Shown here one piece after another: positions 1 through 9,051 of a stretch of DNA of 64,000 nucleotides. The DNA is from a virus. The stretch covers positions 3,352-67,351 of IMG/VR virus record IMGVR_UViG_3300010160_002125; one strand, written 5' to 3'. The notes beneath the pieces are model-generated. The model worked only from the letters and a program-made list of their open reading frames with translations. It was not told the DNA's origin and made no database searches. The position numbers and the translations under genes were made by a program. Every line of letters begins with the position of its first letter. Positions within the stretch are counted from its first letter, which is position 1.

Positions 1-66
1 TTCGTCCAAATGGCTAAACCACATGTCCTGGAGCCATACTCTGAATGTTTTATCCTTGGTTGGCAT
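1..66 (-). CDS. hypothetical protein, partial (runs off window start)
   Basis: ATG at 66, open frame MPTKDKTFRVWLQDMWFSHLDE to base 1; overlaps the end of 50..244. Confidence 0.5.
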   Translation of the reverse strand, partial: MPTKDKTFRVWLQDMWFSHLDE

Positions 67-244
67 CTAGTGAAAACCTTGCTAAAAAGCTGTCTTTGAA
101 ACAGCTATATTCACGGGGACTTTCGTGAGCTGATTCTTCACGATAGTAGACCCAAACTCCGTCATCCAATTCAATTTCATCGGATATGGCTATAAACTTT
201 TTATGCTCATGGCTTAACCAGCGTGAGCCTTGTGTGATCTTCAT
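50..244 (-). CDS. hypothetical protein
   Basis: 64-aa ORF, ATGA-coupled to 241..630. Confidence 0.7.
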   Translation of the reverse strand: MKITQGSRWLSHEHKKFIAISDEIELDDGVWVYYREESAHESPREYSCFKDSFLARFSLDANQG

Positions 245-630
245 TTGATATTCATCCTTTTGGCTAATTCTTCTAATGCTGACACCATCTGACTCCTCTC
301 CGTGTCAGTTAATTCTGTATTCTTTTGTATGTTAAAACTCTGCAGGGGAAAACGTGCATGGAATCGATCAAATAGCTCGCTAAATGAACGGCCCTGTGCT
401 AGAAAGTCTCCGTCTAGTGCATAGGCAAAATACATGTTTTCATGACGTTCTAATCGAATTTTCATTTCATCTGGGTCATCGTCATCATCTATAATATTTG
501 TAATATCAATACGGCCCGCGGCAATTTCACGACGAATACCTCTAACAATAGGTATAACCACTGACCATTGCCCTAGTTTATAACTGGCATAGCACAAGGC
601 CACTAAACTGACTAGTTCCCAAATATCCAT
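241..630 (-). CDS. hypothetical protein with N-terminal TM helix
   Basis: 129-aa ORF, hydrophobic N-terminus, GGAG upstream. Confidence 0.75.
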   Translation of the reverse strand: MDIWELVSLVALCYASYKLGQWSVVIPIVRGIRREIAAGRIDITNIIDDDDDPDEMKIRLERHENMYFAYALDGDFLAQGRSFSELFDRFHARFPLQSFNIQKNTELTDTERSQMVSALEELAKRMNIK

Positions 631-660
631 ATTCTGCTCCGTTTCAATATTTATGAGCCA

Positions 661-957
661 TTAGGTCCAACGTAGGATAAACCAATCACGTTTGGCTTCC
701 TTGCGAAAGCTCCAAAGTTTATCACTCATTTTCTGTCCACCATTGGCCGAACCCCAGACCTCCATTTCGGTAATCTCTTCGGCTGTGTACTGATTATAGT
801 CCACAATCAATCCGGGAAGATTAAACGGGCCCACCTTACAGGTGATCATTTTGGGCTCGTTGTTGGGGTTGCCACTCATGGGCGTGTTGATATTGGCTAG
901 TACACTATTGATACCTGCTTGGGTACTGGTAATGTCGTCATCGTCTTCTTCAATCAT
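661..957 (-). CDS. hypothetical protein, WFxLRW family
   Basis: C-terminal DWFILRWT shared with neighbouring genes. Confidence 0.75.
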   Translation of the reverse strand: MIEEDDDDITSTQAGINSVLANINTPMSGNPNNEPKMITCKVGPFNLPGLIVDYNQYTAEEITEMEVWGSANGGQKMSDKLWSFRKEAKRDWFILRWT

Positions 958-986
958 GGTCTTGCCTAGAAGTTAATTATGTGTTA

Positions 987-1015
987 ATTGTAACACAGAT
1001 TACAGACTCTGTCAA
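987..1015 (-). promoter_or_regulatory. sigma70-like promoter TTGACA-N17-TACAAT
   Basis: consensus -35 and near-consensus -10 with 17-nt spacer, upstream of 661..957. Confidence 0.7.
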
Positions 1016-1407
1016 CCTTCTCGACATAATTCCAACAGCATTAGGTACTTTTGGTAGGCCTTTTCTACTGCTGGATTCTTATTTCTTACTAGGCTATCTC
1101 TGCGTTCATGTTCCCAGCACTTTTTGCCATATTCAGCATCTGCACTAAGCTGTTGCATGTGTTCCTGCTCTGCCACTAACTTTGCTAGATTGTCCGAAGT
1201 CAAGTGTATGGCTTTCATGGGTATGATCTTGGTTTCCATTCGCCAATCGTCACTGGAGCAAACATCACGGTAGTAAGGTGCTGGTCTCACATATTGATTG
1301 TACTCGCGGCTGTCTTCCACGCGGCATTCAAACTTGGAGATAAAATACTCAAAGTCTTCATCACTGTATCTTTGTTTGACATGGCGGTAATCATAGTTAT
1401 TTTTCAT
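1012..1407 (-). CDS. hypothetical phage protein
   Basis: likely start MKNNYDY at 1407, ATGA-coupled to 1404..1718. Confidence 0.7.
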   Translation of the reverse strand: MKNNYDYRHVKQRYSDEDFEYFISKFECRVEDSREYNQYVRPAPYYRDVCSSDDWRMETKIIPMKAIHLTSDNLAKLVAEQEHMQQLSADAEYGKKCWEHERRDSLVRNKNPAVEKAYQKYLMLLELCREG

Positions 1408-1718
1408 GAGCTCCACCTTAACACAAACCAGTTGCGGTCCTGTTCTGTACTGAACCAAAACTTGCGATTGTTAGCGTACCAACGCATGGCTGGTTCAGGT
1501 GCCTTTTCTCCCCAAATAGGTCCTGTATCTTTGAATGTTTCATAGCACCATAGTTCCATTTCGGGCCAGTTGCCTCCAATAGGCTCTACGGTGTAATATC
1601 TAGCACCGTAGACTGTGCCTTCACTGAACACTAGGTCTTCTATAGGTCTAGAAACAATATCATCGAATGTACGTTTGAATGCCTGACTATTTGTCTGCCC
1701 TGCATTTAGACTGGTCAT
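1404..1718 (-). CDS. hypothetical protein, WFxLRW family
   Basis: C-terminal NWFVLRWSS. Confidence 0.75.
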   Translation of the reverse strand: MTSLNAGQTNSQAFKRTFDDIVSRPIEDLVFSEGTVYGARYYTVEPIGGNWPEMELWCYETFKDTGPIWGEKAPEPAMRWYANNRKFWFSTEQDRNWFVLRWSS

Positions 1719-2578
1719 TTTTTAAATACTTTCTGATATACTTGATCTTCTACTGCTAGAAATTTGGTAAACTCTTGATCGTTTAAATAGACCATCTCCA
1801 TATTGAGTTTCTTTAATGCATCTTGGAACTCTGGATCTTTGATCACAAGAGCAATGGATGTTCGTAATCGATCAACTAGTTCAGGCGCCAGGTCTTTTGG
1901 AGCAACAATACCTCTGTAGATCTTTCGATCAGTTATGGTATGTAATATCTTTATTTTACCTGCGGCAACAAAAGCCGATACTTCTGCGGTAGTGGTAACT
2001 CCAGCATCAATTTGTCCGCCTAGTACTGCTACTATCTCAGGAGCAGTTCCTGGATACGGAATACGATTAAACTTGATGTTAGTTTTGTTTTCAAATGTGC
2101 TGGTATTCAACTCACCCATCAGTCCCGATGTACCAATAGATATAACTCCTGGATTCTTTTTAGCACTGGCCACTAGATCATCAACTGTATTGAACGCACC
2201 GTCTGCACGAACAAAGATAACCATAGGATCTGCATTGATCATGGCTAATGGTGTTACATCTCTGTAGGTATGTGTAGTAGTACCCACATGTGGCCCTAAC
2301 ACTAGATCAGTGCCTACCACCAACAATGTATACCCGTCTGGCTTCTGGCTGATTAGATAGTTTAATCCAATAGTACCTTGCGCTCCTGTCTTGTTGACTA
2401 CAAGTATGCCTTTGGTCAGTTGTTTTTGCAGATTCTTTGCAAATGTTCTGGCCAATACATCTGTGCCACCACCTGCTGGATAAGGCACAATTAGTTCAAT
2501 TGGTTTGTCGGGATATGCTTGTGCAAATACCGACGTTGATAATGCGACTGCTATCGCAACAAGTGTTTTCTTAATCAT
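1715..2578 (-). CDS. Bug/TctC tripartite tricarboxylate transporter substrate-binding protein
   Basis: signal peptide, YPDKPIELIVPYPAGGGTD, NKTGAQGTIG, PDGYTLL, IPYPG motifs. Confidence 0.9.
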   Translation of the reverse strand: MIKKTLVAIAVALSTSVFAQAYPDKPIELIVPYPAGGGTDVLARTFAKNLQKQLTKGILVVNKTGAQGTIGLNYLISQKPDGYTLLVVGTDLVLGPHVGTTTHTYRDVTPLAMINADPMVIFVRADGAFNTVDDLVASAKKNPGVISIGTSGLMGELNTSTFENKTNIKFNRIPYPGTAPEIVAVLGGQIDAGVTTTAEVSAFVAAGKIKILHTITDRKIYRGIVAPKDLAPELVDRLRTSIALVIKDPEFQDALKKLNMEMVYLNDQEFTKFLAVEDQVYQKVFKK

Positions 2579-2838
2579 ACAGTTCCCCATCTTAAAATAA
2601 ACCAGTTAGCATCTCTGCTATCTTCAAATATAAAATCACGGCCATTACGTTCGTAGGCTTTCTTGCAGTTGTCTTCTAGCCATGTAATAATATCCACAGC
2701 CTTATAAGCATCTCCCATAGTGGGTATCATAACACGACACCACCCCATGCCTTCAAGCATACCCCATAGTACTTCACGGTCGATATCCTGTGCCATTTGA
2801 TTGCCGGCCCGATTGATCATTTCCTCTTCTATATTCAT
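2575..2838 (-). CDS. hypothetical protein, WFxLRW family
   Basis: C-terminal FEDSRDANWFILRW. Confidence 0.75.
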   Translation of the reverse strand: MNIEEEMINRAGNQMAQDIDREVLWGMLEGMGWCRVMIPTMGDAYKAVDIITWLEDNCKKAYERNGRDFIFEDSRDANWFILRWGTV

Positions 2839-3098
2839 TTCATATACTTTATTCGAAAGAGTAGAAATCGTTTGGGATTGCTGACTGAATATTCTTGTGT
2901 GTAGTTACCAGCGCCATCTAAGCCCATCTTGATTCCGTATTTGTCTTCCATCCAATGAGGAAATGTAGATTTAACCATACCTGCATTATCTCCTACATCT
3001 AACGTGTATTCTTTACGAACAGCATGAAGCGCCCCCCAGTATTGTTTGCGTTGTTCTGTTGCCATAATATCTTCTGGTAGTATAGTCAAGAACTCCAC
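2835..3098 (-). CDS. hypothetical protein
   Basis: ORF in a coupled run; ends FLLFRIKY. Confidence 0.65.
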   Translation of the reverse strand: MEFLTILPEDIMATEQRKQYWGALHAVRKEYTLDVGDNAGMVKSTFPHWMEDKYGIKMGLDGAGNYTQEYSVSNPKRFLLFRIKYMK

Positions 3099-3385
3099 CT
3101 AATTAAAAACATAGTGATCTGCTTTTCATTCTTAAACTTCCACACATTAAAACTCATGCGTGTTCCACAATTACATTCGGTAGTCCATGCTTGTACAGGA
3201 TCCATATCTGACTCGTTGATTCCACGTTCAAGGTCGCCACGGGCAGATATTTCATCTGTATAGGCTTGTAGTTTGAGTCCAGGTAGGCGTTGCCATTTGA
3301 TTTTAGGTTTTAATCCCATTCTGTCGTAGAAGGATTTAAGTATATCAGCAACGTGTGATTTACCCATCTGTCTCCCATGCATCAT
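3086..3385 (-). CDS. hypothetical protein, WFxLRW family
   Basis: C-terminal FKNEKQITMFLIRWSS. Confidence 0.7.
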   Translation of the reverse strand: MMHGRQMGKSHVADILKSFYDRMGLKPKIKWQRLPGLKLQAYTDEISARGDLERGINESDMDPVQAWTTECNCGTRMSFNVWKFKNEKQITMFLIRWSS

Positions 3386-3700
3386 TTAATTAATAACAGT
3401 TTCGGGCTTGTGCGTCTTAAAAACATTCTGACCACAATTACGTATAGCATCGGCTAACACCTGTGGATTTTCTCTAGCATATTCTTCTAGCTCGTCTCGC
3501 GATATGTCACTTTCAAATGCCCATATCTCCGGAAAGCGTTGCGGATTAGCCTGTGCTCGTAGTATAGCATAACGAGGGATAGGCATGTCAACTTTATCAT
3601 TGCCTTTCAATGCCGCCCAGAACTTTTTCTTTTCGTAGTCGGTAATATCAAAGATCCATTCAAATCCCAGTGTATCAAAATAAGCCATGTATGCTGACAT
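3386..3700 (-). CDS. hypothetical phage protein
   Basis: 104-aa ORF with GAGG RBS. Confidence 0.75.
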   Translation of the reverse strand: MSAYMAYFDTLGFEWIFDITDYEKKKFWAALKGNDKVDMPIPRYAILRAQANPQRFPEIWAFESDISRDELEEYARENPQVLADAIRNCGQNVFKTHKPETVIN

Positions 3701-3701
3701 G

Positions 3702-3878
3702 TTATTCCTCTATGTTAAATTCTTCTTTAATTGCTTTTGCTGTTGCCGTATCACCTTTGAACACGGCAATCTTTACGCACTCAAACACAATCATCCTAGC
3801 TAGCTTTTGAGCACGTAAAGCAATCTCTGGTGCAGGATAGTCTGCTTGTTTCATCAACAAGTTTATCTTGTCATTCAT
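3702..3878 (-). CDS. small hypothetical protein (not in ORF track)
   Basis: 58 aa, MNDKINLLMKQADYPAPE...EEFNIEE; fills the gap between neighbours. Confidence 0.65.
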   Translation of the reverse strand: MNDKINLLMKQADYPAPEIALRAQKLARMIVFECVKIAVFKGDTATAKAIKEEFNIEE

Positions 3879-4053
3879 CTGTTAATTCCCTTCGTAAACA
3901 ATCAACTGCATCGTCGTATCCATTAAGATATAGAATACGCAAACATTCTTCTACAATTGAAGTGGTCAGCTGTTCAGCAAATTCATCAGATAGTGCATAA
4001 CGGTCCCCGTGAAAGGTAGCTTGATCAACAAATTGTTTTAATCTTTGGTGCAT
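3871..4053 (-). CDS. hypothetical protein
   Basis: 60 aa, FAExxxxxIVEEC pattern resembling 3702..3878. Confidence 0.65.
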   Translation of the reverse strand: MHQRLKQFVDQATFHGDRYALSDEFAEQLTTSIVEECLRILYLNGYDDAVDCLRRELTDE

Positions 4054-4292
4054 GTTCTAACTCCCTTGATATCTTTATACTTGACCCGTATATAGTTCAA
4101 ATATTCTGTGCCAACTTTCATAGGCAAATCCAAATGTATACTTACCATAGAGCCTTCTAGTTCATTACGCTGATTGTCAGTGTAAGCAGACCCCACAAAT
4201 GGAATACCTTTGTATGTGCCTTCGACTCTATCACCAAACGCATACTTGGGTTTAGGACGGTGTAGTGCAAAGTATTCTGCTAGGCTACTCAT
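4038..4292 (-). CDS. hypothetical protein
   Basis: 84-aa ORF in the minus-strand run. Confidence 0.7.
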   Translation of the reverse strand: MSSLAEYFALHRPKPKYAFGDRVEGTYKGIPFVGSAYTDNQRNELEGSMVSIHLDLPMKVGTEYLNYIRVKYKDIKGVRTCTKD

Positions 4293-4443
4293 CCTTTACC
4301 TCTGACCAAAATGCATAAGAATCATTTTCGTTAAAATCTTTTTCTAATATTGCATGTTCCTTGCAATATGGATGATCTCCAGCAAACTGGGTGCAACGAA
4401 CCCAGTCGGCAGGTTTGTCACACACTATACATTTTTCAGTCAT
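4285..4443 (-). CDS. small Zn-binding-like protein (not in ORF track)
   Basis: 52 aa, MTEKCIVCDKPA...YCKEH (CxxC...CxxH); coupled at both ends. Confidence 0.65.
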   Translation of the reverse strand: MTEKCIVCDKPADWVRCTQFAGDHPYCKEHAILEKDFNENDSYAFWSEVKDE

Positions 4444-4694
4444 TTGATTTCGTCCGATGTTTCTGGAAAGTGGCTGATGATTAAATCCAATGCCGCAATG
4501 GTCTGTATGTTGAGACCCACATCTTCAGGATGCATCCAATAACCGTCTGGATTGCTTTCACTCTTGGGATTCTTCTTCCACTGTTTAAGTTCTTTCTTGA
4601 GATACGCACGATAGTCTTTTAAGTTAAGACTGGTAATACGATCCGCAGTTTCGCCGTCAATCCATTGATAGGGTTTATGTTTAGCTTTGCTCAT
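4440..4694 (-). CDS. hypothetical phage protein
   Basis: likely start MSKAKHKPY at 4694. Confidence 0.7.
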   Translation of the reverse strand: MSKAKHKPYQWIDGETADRITSLNLKDYRAYLKKELKQWKKNPKSESNPDGYWMHPEDVGLNIQTIAALDLIISHFPETSDEIK

Positions 4695-4950
4695 CTTCTT
4701 CCTCTTTTGGTAGTTGGTCTGCAAATACTTCAAGTTGTTCAATTAGATTTCGAATACCTTTTTCATTCATAGTCAACATAGAATAGCCTATTCTAATATT
4801 GATACGATTATCGCTAGTCACACCGATACTATAATAAGTTTCTGGTTCCTTGGTTGGCGGCTCAACATACGGCATACTAGGAACTTTTATCTGTTCTGTA
4901 AACTTAACTACGTTGGAGTAGTCGGGCTTTTTAAACCAATCGAATATCAT
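4681..4950 (-). CDS. hypothetical protein
   Basis: 89-aa coupled ORF. Confidence 0.7.
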   Translation of the reverse strand: MIFDWFKKPDYSNVVKFTEQIKVPSMPYVEPPTKEPETYYSIGVTSDNRINIRIGYSMLTMNEKGIRNLIEQLEVFADQLPKEEEDEQS

Positions 4951-5171
4951 ATAATCTTTCCTAGTCCTGCGTAGATAAGTTGATCTAACTCAGTTTGATA
5001 ATCAGTGCGACCCACTCGACGCTTTAACCAAATAGCTTCTAACAGCTCTTTAGAGTTGCCGCCTTCAGTTGGAAGTTCTCCTCGTGACTCTAGTTCTTCT
5101 AACAGATCATCTGTGTCAAAGTCGCTAAGGTCCACATCCACTTCAACTTCAGTATAAATCGTTTTGTACAT
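4947..5171 (-). CDS. acidic hypothetical protein
   Basis: VEVDVDLSDFDTDDLLEELE. Confidence 0.7.
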   Translation of the reverse strand: MYKTIYTEVEVDVDLSDFDTDDLLEELESRGELPTEGGNSKELLEAIWLKRRVGRTDYQTELDQLIYAGLGKII

Positions 5172-5622
5172 TGTTTTCTTTCGTTAATTGTGCAATCAAG
5201 ATAAACCGTTCGTAGGCTTTACGAACACTAGGATTGGCTAACAACTTGTCAGCTTCTTCCATCATAGCTTTGACTCCAGCTTCGGCACAGTCATGTACAC
5301 TAAGTCCATGTAGAGTGCAAAGATCATCGCCAAACTCTTTGGCTAGTTTTTCCCAAGCCTTCTTTTGTCCTGGAGTAATAGGTGTACTCTTAGGACGTAG
5401 TTCGCTGGCTTTACTAATAGCCCGGCAGATAGCATCTTCAGCAACACGACCTGCGGCGATCATAGCCGCATAGTTGGGATCGATATTGAACCTACGACTA
5501 GTGCCACCAGGGTAACTCATAACCAAATGATTACCCTTGGGAAAACTATCTAAAAAATCGTTGTCGTACTCTGCTACAGGTACGTACCTACGACCCTTCT
5601 TCTCATAGAAAATCTTCTTCAT
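5149..5622 (-). CDS. hypothetical phage protein
   Basis: likely start MKKIFYEKKGRRY. Confidence 0.75.
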   Translation of the reverse strand: MKKIFYEKKGRRYVPVAEYDNDFLDSFPKGNHLVMSYPGGTSRRFNIDPNYAAMIAAGRVAEDAICRAISKASELRPKSTPITPGQKKAWEKLAKEFGDDLCTLHGLSVHDCAEAGVKAMMEEADKLLANPSVRKAYERFILIAQLTKENNVQNDLY

Positions 5623-6145
5623 CAAGCTCACCGCTTTCTGTTTGTGCAATTACTTGTTTAAGTATTTCTTCAACCATTTGATTGAGAGTAATGTCACGCT
5701 CGTGCGCCATTCTCATCATTTCAAACATCATATCGTTAGGCAAATCTAATGGCACTTGCACACGAGTATCATAGGTGTCACCATCTTTAATAGCCAAACA
5801 CTTTTGAATAAAGTCGTCATCAACTTCCAAATCCACATAGTCCACGTCATCCCATGCCTCGTTCATATTAACTGCATGAGCTTCTGCTTCTTTACGATGC
5901 TTGTCTAGTTTATTTTCTGCAATCATACGATAAGCACGACGATTGGTGTAGTCGCATACTGTTACTTCGTAGACCTTGTGCGTCTTAGTTGAGAACACAA
6001 TATTAAAACTCCAGCCGCCTTTGTCGTGAAGCCCATTCCAACTACTCAACTGGTAAGCATTAGGGCCGTAACATTGCCAACCATAAGAGTCACCTTCGGT
6101 GATCTTATAGTCAACCAATTCCATCCATTCTTTCATTGTAATCAT
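5603..6145 (-). CDS. hypothetical protein with possible C-terminal ribbon-helix-helix domain
   Basis: C-terminal VPLDLP...AHERDITLNQMVEEIL resembles RHH. Confidence 0.7.
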   Translation of the reverse strand: MITMKEWMELVDYKITEGDSYGWQCYGPNAYQLSSWNGLHDKGGWSFNIVFSTKTHKVYEVTVCDYTNRRAYRMIAENKLDKHRKEAEAHAVNMNEAWDDVDYVDLEVDDDFIQKCLAIKDGDTYDTRVQVPLDLPNDMMFEMMRMAHERDITLNQMVEEILKQVIAQTESGELDEEDFL

Positions 6146-6303
6146 TGTACTAATCCTTCTTTATGTTGATAAAAAGTAACTTCAATCCAGCCAATCAAGG
6201 CCACTAACCATCCTGCATTTGCAGAAGTTTCCCAAGTAGCAAATACTTGAAAAATGCACATCACTAAAATTGCTATTGATAAAATTTGTTTAAGTTTAAT
6301 CAT
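6142..6303 (-). CDS. small membrane protein (not in ORF track)
   Basis: 53 aa with two hydrophobic segments; ATGA-coupled at both ends. Confidence 0.6.
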   Translation of the reverse strand: MIKLKQILSIAILVMCIFQVFATWETSANAGWLVALIGWIEVTFYQHKEGLVQ

Positions 6304-6542
6304 TGTAGATTCCTTTTGGTTTCTTCGTCATTAAGAGACTGCATTAACCGTAATGCATACTCGGGTTCTTCTTTAATCAACTCGTCAATATCAACCGGCG
6401 TTGCATTCGCTTCCATCTCACCGGAGTCAAACATACGTTGTATCTCACTCATGAGATCGTCTAGTTCTTCTTGTGTGCCTTCAAAGCCGTCAAAACAGCC
6501 CGGAGCAAACTCAAGTTTAAGTGCTTTCTTTTCTTCGTTCAT
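6300..6542 (-). CDS. acidic hypothetical protein
   Basis: 80 aa, FAPGCFDGFEGTQEELD. Confidence 0.7.
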   Translation of the reverse strand: MNEEKKALKLEFAPGCFDGFEGTQEELDDLMSEIQRMFDSGEMEANATPVDIDELIKEEPEYALRLMQSLNDEETKRNLQ

Positions 6543-6895
6543 TGTTCAGTTCCTGTGATCATTTTGCCTTCTTTGATAGACTGCATGAGATTTCTGTTGC
6601 GTTGTTTTTGTTCAGCCTTATTGCGTTTGTCATCGTCACTGAGACGCAACAACATATCGTACTCACGTGCCCAGCGTACACCAGCCAACCAATCTTCAAG
6701 ACGTTCTAAGCTACCAACAAACAGTTCAGCATCGCGACTGTAGATTGGCAAGCTATCAACATCCTTTGGCACTAGGCTCAGGGCACCGTGATCGTCTGTC
6801 CAATCACCGTGCTTGCTCTTAGCAAACTTGAAACCAAGTTTATCTATTTGAGCTTCAATGTTTCGAAGTCGCTGTATAGTATTCCATCCGCTCAT
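6539..6895 (-). CDS. hypothetical phage protein
   Basis: 118 aa, directly downstream of a consensus promoter. Confidence 0.75.
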   Translation of the reverse strand: MSGWNTIQRLRNIEAQIDKLGFKFAKSKHGDWTDDHGALSLVPKDVDSLPIYSRDAELFVGSLERLEDWLAGVRWAREYDMLLRLSDDDKRNKAEQKQRNRNLMQSIKEGKMITGTEQ

Positions 6896-6924
6896 AGTAG
6901 GTTTTCTATGTTGATAATAGTGCT

Positions 6925-6953
6925 ATTATAATGTCGTTAGACTTTCTTGTCAA
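6925..6953 (-). promoter_or_regulatory. sigma70 consensus promoter TTGACA-N17-TATAAT
   Basis: perfect match on the minus strand. Confidence 0.85.
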
Positions 6954-7167
6954 CGTTTTTTGGGTCATTCATTTGGTTGATTTCATCGGCAGTCACATAC
7001 CGACTTGGTGCATTCAACATCCAACTATCCGATGTAAAAATACGTACAGGTTTCCAATATTTGTGCAAAATATTATTGATTGCAACAACAGCCGCAATCA
7101 CTACAATGAAACCCAATGCTGTCAAAATGCTTCCGGCCAAAAATACCGCCGCTTGATCCATATCCAT
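6937..7167 (-). CDS. membrane protein
   Basis: N-terminal TM helix. Confidence 0.7.
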   Translation of the reverse strand: MDMDQAAVFLAGSILTALGFIVVIAAVVAINNILHKYWKPVRIFTSDSWMLNAPSRYVTADEINQMNDPKNVDKKV

Positions 7168-7168
7168 A

Positions 7169-7366
7169 TTAGTCCTTATCTATAGGCACACAATATGTGG
7201 GCCACAGTCCTTGTTGCACATACATGTCTCCACCTTTGTCCGGCACCATTACAATACCTAATAGACATTGTTTGGCAGGCGGTGTAGTAGTCGCCAAGAC
7301 ATATATCTGTGTGGCAATCATTAAGCCTAACACAGACATCAATATTCTGTATACCCATTTATTCAT
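7169..7366 (-). CDS. small membrane/secreted protein
   Basis: hydrophobic N-terminus, coupled to 7363..7695. Confidence 0.6.
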   Translation of the reverse strand: MNKWVYRILMSVLGLMIATQIYVLATTTPPAKQCLLGIVMVPDKGGDMYVQQGLWPTYCVPIDKD

Positions 7367-7695
7367 GCTAACTCCTTTATGTGTTTACAACTACCTCTAA
7401 ATGTATAACCAGGACATGTACAGGTGTTTGTGTCAGTGTCTACTTCGTAGACTGCACCTTTACTGCCGGTTACTCGAACGATTGAGCTCTTAACTTCAAA
7501 TGTTTTAAACGGATTTGATTTAAGTGTATCAAACTTACGACCACGTTTATCAAAACCTTTAATTGGATTCTTGAAATAGAACGGCTTAGACTCGCCTTGC
7601 TTGATATAAGCAATCAAATTGTTGCCGTCTAATAGGTATGTGTGATTGGGAGCCTTAGCGTTGCCCCAATCTGTAGTTTCTTTAAGAGCTATCAC
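7363..7695 (-). CDS. SWIM zinc-finger protein
   Basis: CTCPGYTFRGSCKHI = CxCx(n)CxH. Confidence 0.8.
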   Translation of the reverse strand: MIALKETTDWGNAKAPNHTYLLDGNNLIAYIKQGESKPFYFKNPIKGFDKRGRKFDTLKSNPFKTFEVKSSIVRVTGSKGAVYEVDTDTNTCTCPGYTFRGSCKHIKELA

Positions 7696-7880
7696 CAGCG
7701 TTCTCCTCTAGCATAACGGATTTGAGCATCAAAGCGTTGCGGAGGAATCTGTTCCCATTTCTCTCCGCATTTGAAACAAGGATCGTAATCCATATAACCA
7801 CTTCGTGCAGTCTTACCTAGCCATTCTGTGTTAGCACAGCCAGATATCAAAAGTACTGCTATAATTAATATTGGACGCAT
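7692..7880 (-). CDS. small lipoprotein
   Basis: start MRPILIIAVLLISGC (lipobox), downstream of promoter 7914-7942. Confidence 0.7.
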   Translation of the reverse strand: MRPILIIAVLLISGCANTEWLGKTARSGYMDYDPCFKCGEKWEQIPPQRFDAQIRYARGERW

Positions 7881-7913
7881 TGTAGGTAGCTCTAAGTTGT
7901 TGTCGATGTTAGT

Positions 7914-7942
7914 ATTATACAGTCTACGCAGTGTTTTGTCAA
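7914..7942 (-). promoter_or_regulatory. sigma70 consensus promoter TTGACA-N17-TATAAT
   Basis: perfect match; heads the leftward gene block. Confidence 0.85.
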
Positions 7943-7960
7943 CCAGATCCAATCCAAAAA

Positions 7961-7966
7961 TAAATA
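7961..7966 (+). promoter_or_regulatory. late-promoter-like TAAATA motif
   Basis: same core recurs shortly before many + strand genes (8203, 11226, 35971, 43286, 46320, 49742, 50332, 50862, 54425, 55868, 56390, 58130, 60128, 62270); resembles T4 late TATAAATA. Confidence 0.7.
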
Positions 7967-7999
7967 CAGTTGTAGTCAACTTATCCAAAGGAGAAGATC

Positions 8000-8215
8000 A
8001 TGACCCTGCGTAGCGTATCCATTAATTTGGAATTAGGGCAGGAAATTGTAGTTGGACCGCATGACGATCTAGCTAAAATTACCAAAATTGAGTTTCATGA
8101 AAAAAGTGGAGAGGTTGTTATAAACACAACCAAAGGTACTAGAAAGGCACTGACATTTAAGTTAGGACCCGATTATGCCGAAGATAACATTAACCCCGCG
8201 GATAAATATAGATAG
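8000..8215 (+). CDS. hypothetical protein
   Basis: AAGGAG RBS and TAAATA upstream. Confidence 0.75.
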   Translation: MTLRSVSINLELGQEIVVGPHDDLAKITKIEFHEKSGEVVINTTKGTRKALTFKLGPDYAEDNINPADKYR

Positions 8216-8216
8216 T

Positions 8217-8462
8217 ATGAAAATAAAAGATCTAATAGAAAACTTTGATGCAGACCTAGACGAAAAGGCATCCAGAGCTTTGTGCGTGAGCCAACGTTCC
8301 GATGACGATCTAGGTGCTAGCAATTTAGCCAGCTGTAAAAGCCAAGGTCTAAGAGCCCGCGACGGTAAGAAAAGCCATAAGATTGGCAAGCACCGCGAAA
8401 CAGTTGGCGGCAAGAAGATCAAAGGCAAACGCTACGGTGGGCCATTGCCCGATTGGAGTTAA
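8217..8462 (+). CDS. basic hypothetical protein
   Basis: start MKIKDLIE just after TAAATA at 8203. Confidence 0.7.
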   Translation: MKIKDLIENFDADLDEKASRALCVSQRSDDDLGASNLASCKSQGLRARDGKKSHKIGKHRETVGGKKIKGKRYGGPLPDWS

Positions 8463-8463
8463 C

Positions 8464-9015
8464 ATGATCGGTACACTTCTCGTCGCACCTCCGGCACAAG
8501 AAGATGAATTTTGGGGAAAGACGGTAGTTTTTCTATACGAACAGAACCCAAATGCCATTGTTGGCCTTGTGCTAAACAAACCTTCAGACCGCGCTCTCAG
8601 TGAGCTTGCTAGCCATCATGACCTAGAGTTTCTTGGCCCGGATGTCTTGTTCACAGGTGGTCCAGTCAATCCGGCCGCACTCGTTATGCTACACACCGAT
8701 GATTGGGCATGTGGCAACACTATGCAAATTGGTAGTGGTTATCGAGTCAGTTCAGATCGAACCATGCTTAATAGAATATGTTCCGGTGATCGTCCTAGAC
8801 GTTGGCGCTTGTATTTGGGCATGAGTGTTTGGACCCCAGCACAGCTTGAAGGGGAGATTACCGGCAAAGCACCCTGGAACAAAAAGAACTCCTGGCTGAC
8901 AGCAGACACCGCAGACGAATCCATTGTATTTGGCAAGGATCCAGAAACAATTTGGAAACGATCAATAGACTCAGCCGCGGCCACTATGGTCCAAAGCTAC
9001 TTCACAATATCCTAA
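8464..9015 (+). CDS. yqgE: YqgE/AlgH (DUF179) family protein
   Basis: LLVAPP, GLVLNKP, GGPV, WxxxQLEGEI, SW motifs. Confidence 0.85.
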   Translation: MIGTLLVAPPAQEDEFWGKTVVFLYEQNPNAIVGLVLNKPSDRALSELASHHDLEFLGPDVLFTGGPVNPAALVMLHTDDWACGNTMQIGSGYRVSSDRTMLNRICSGDRPRRWRLYLGMSVWTPAQLEGEITGKAPWNKKNSWLTADTADESIVFGKDPETIWKRSIDSAAATMVQSYFTIS

Positions 9016-9022
9016 ATATCAC

Positions 9023-9051
9023 TTGACTGTTACAGGGTTTGAGTGTATACT
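9023..9051 (+). promoter_or_regulatory. sigma70-like promoter TTGACT-N17-TATACT
   Basis: near-consensus, upstream of the HNH gene. Confidence 0.65.
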
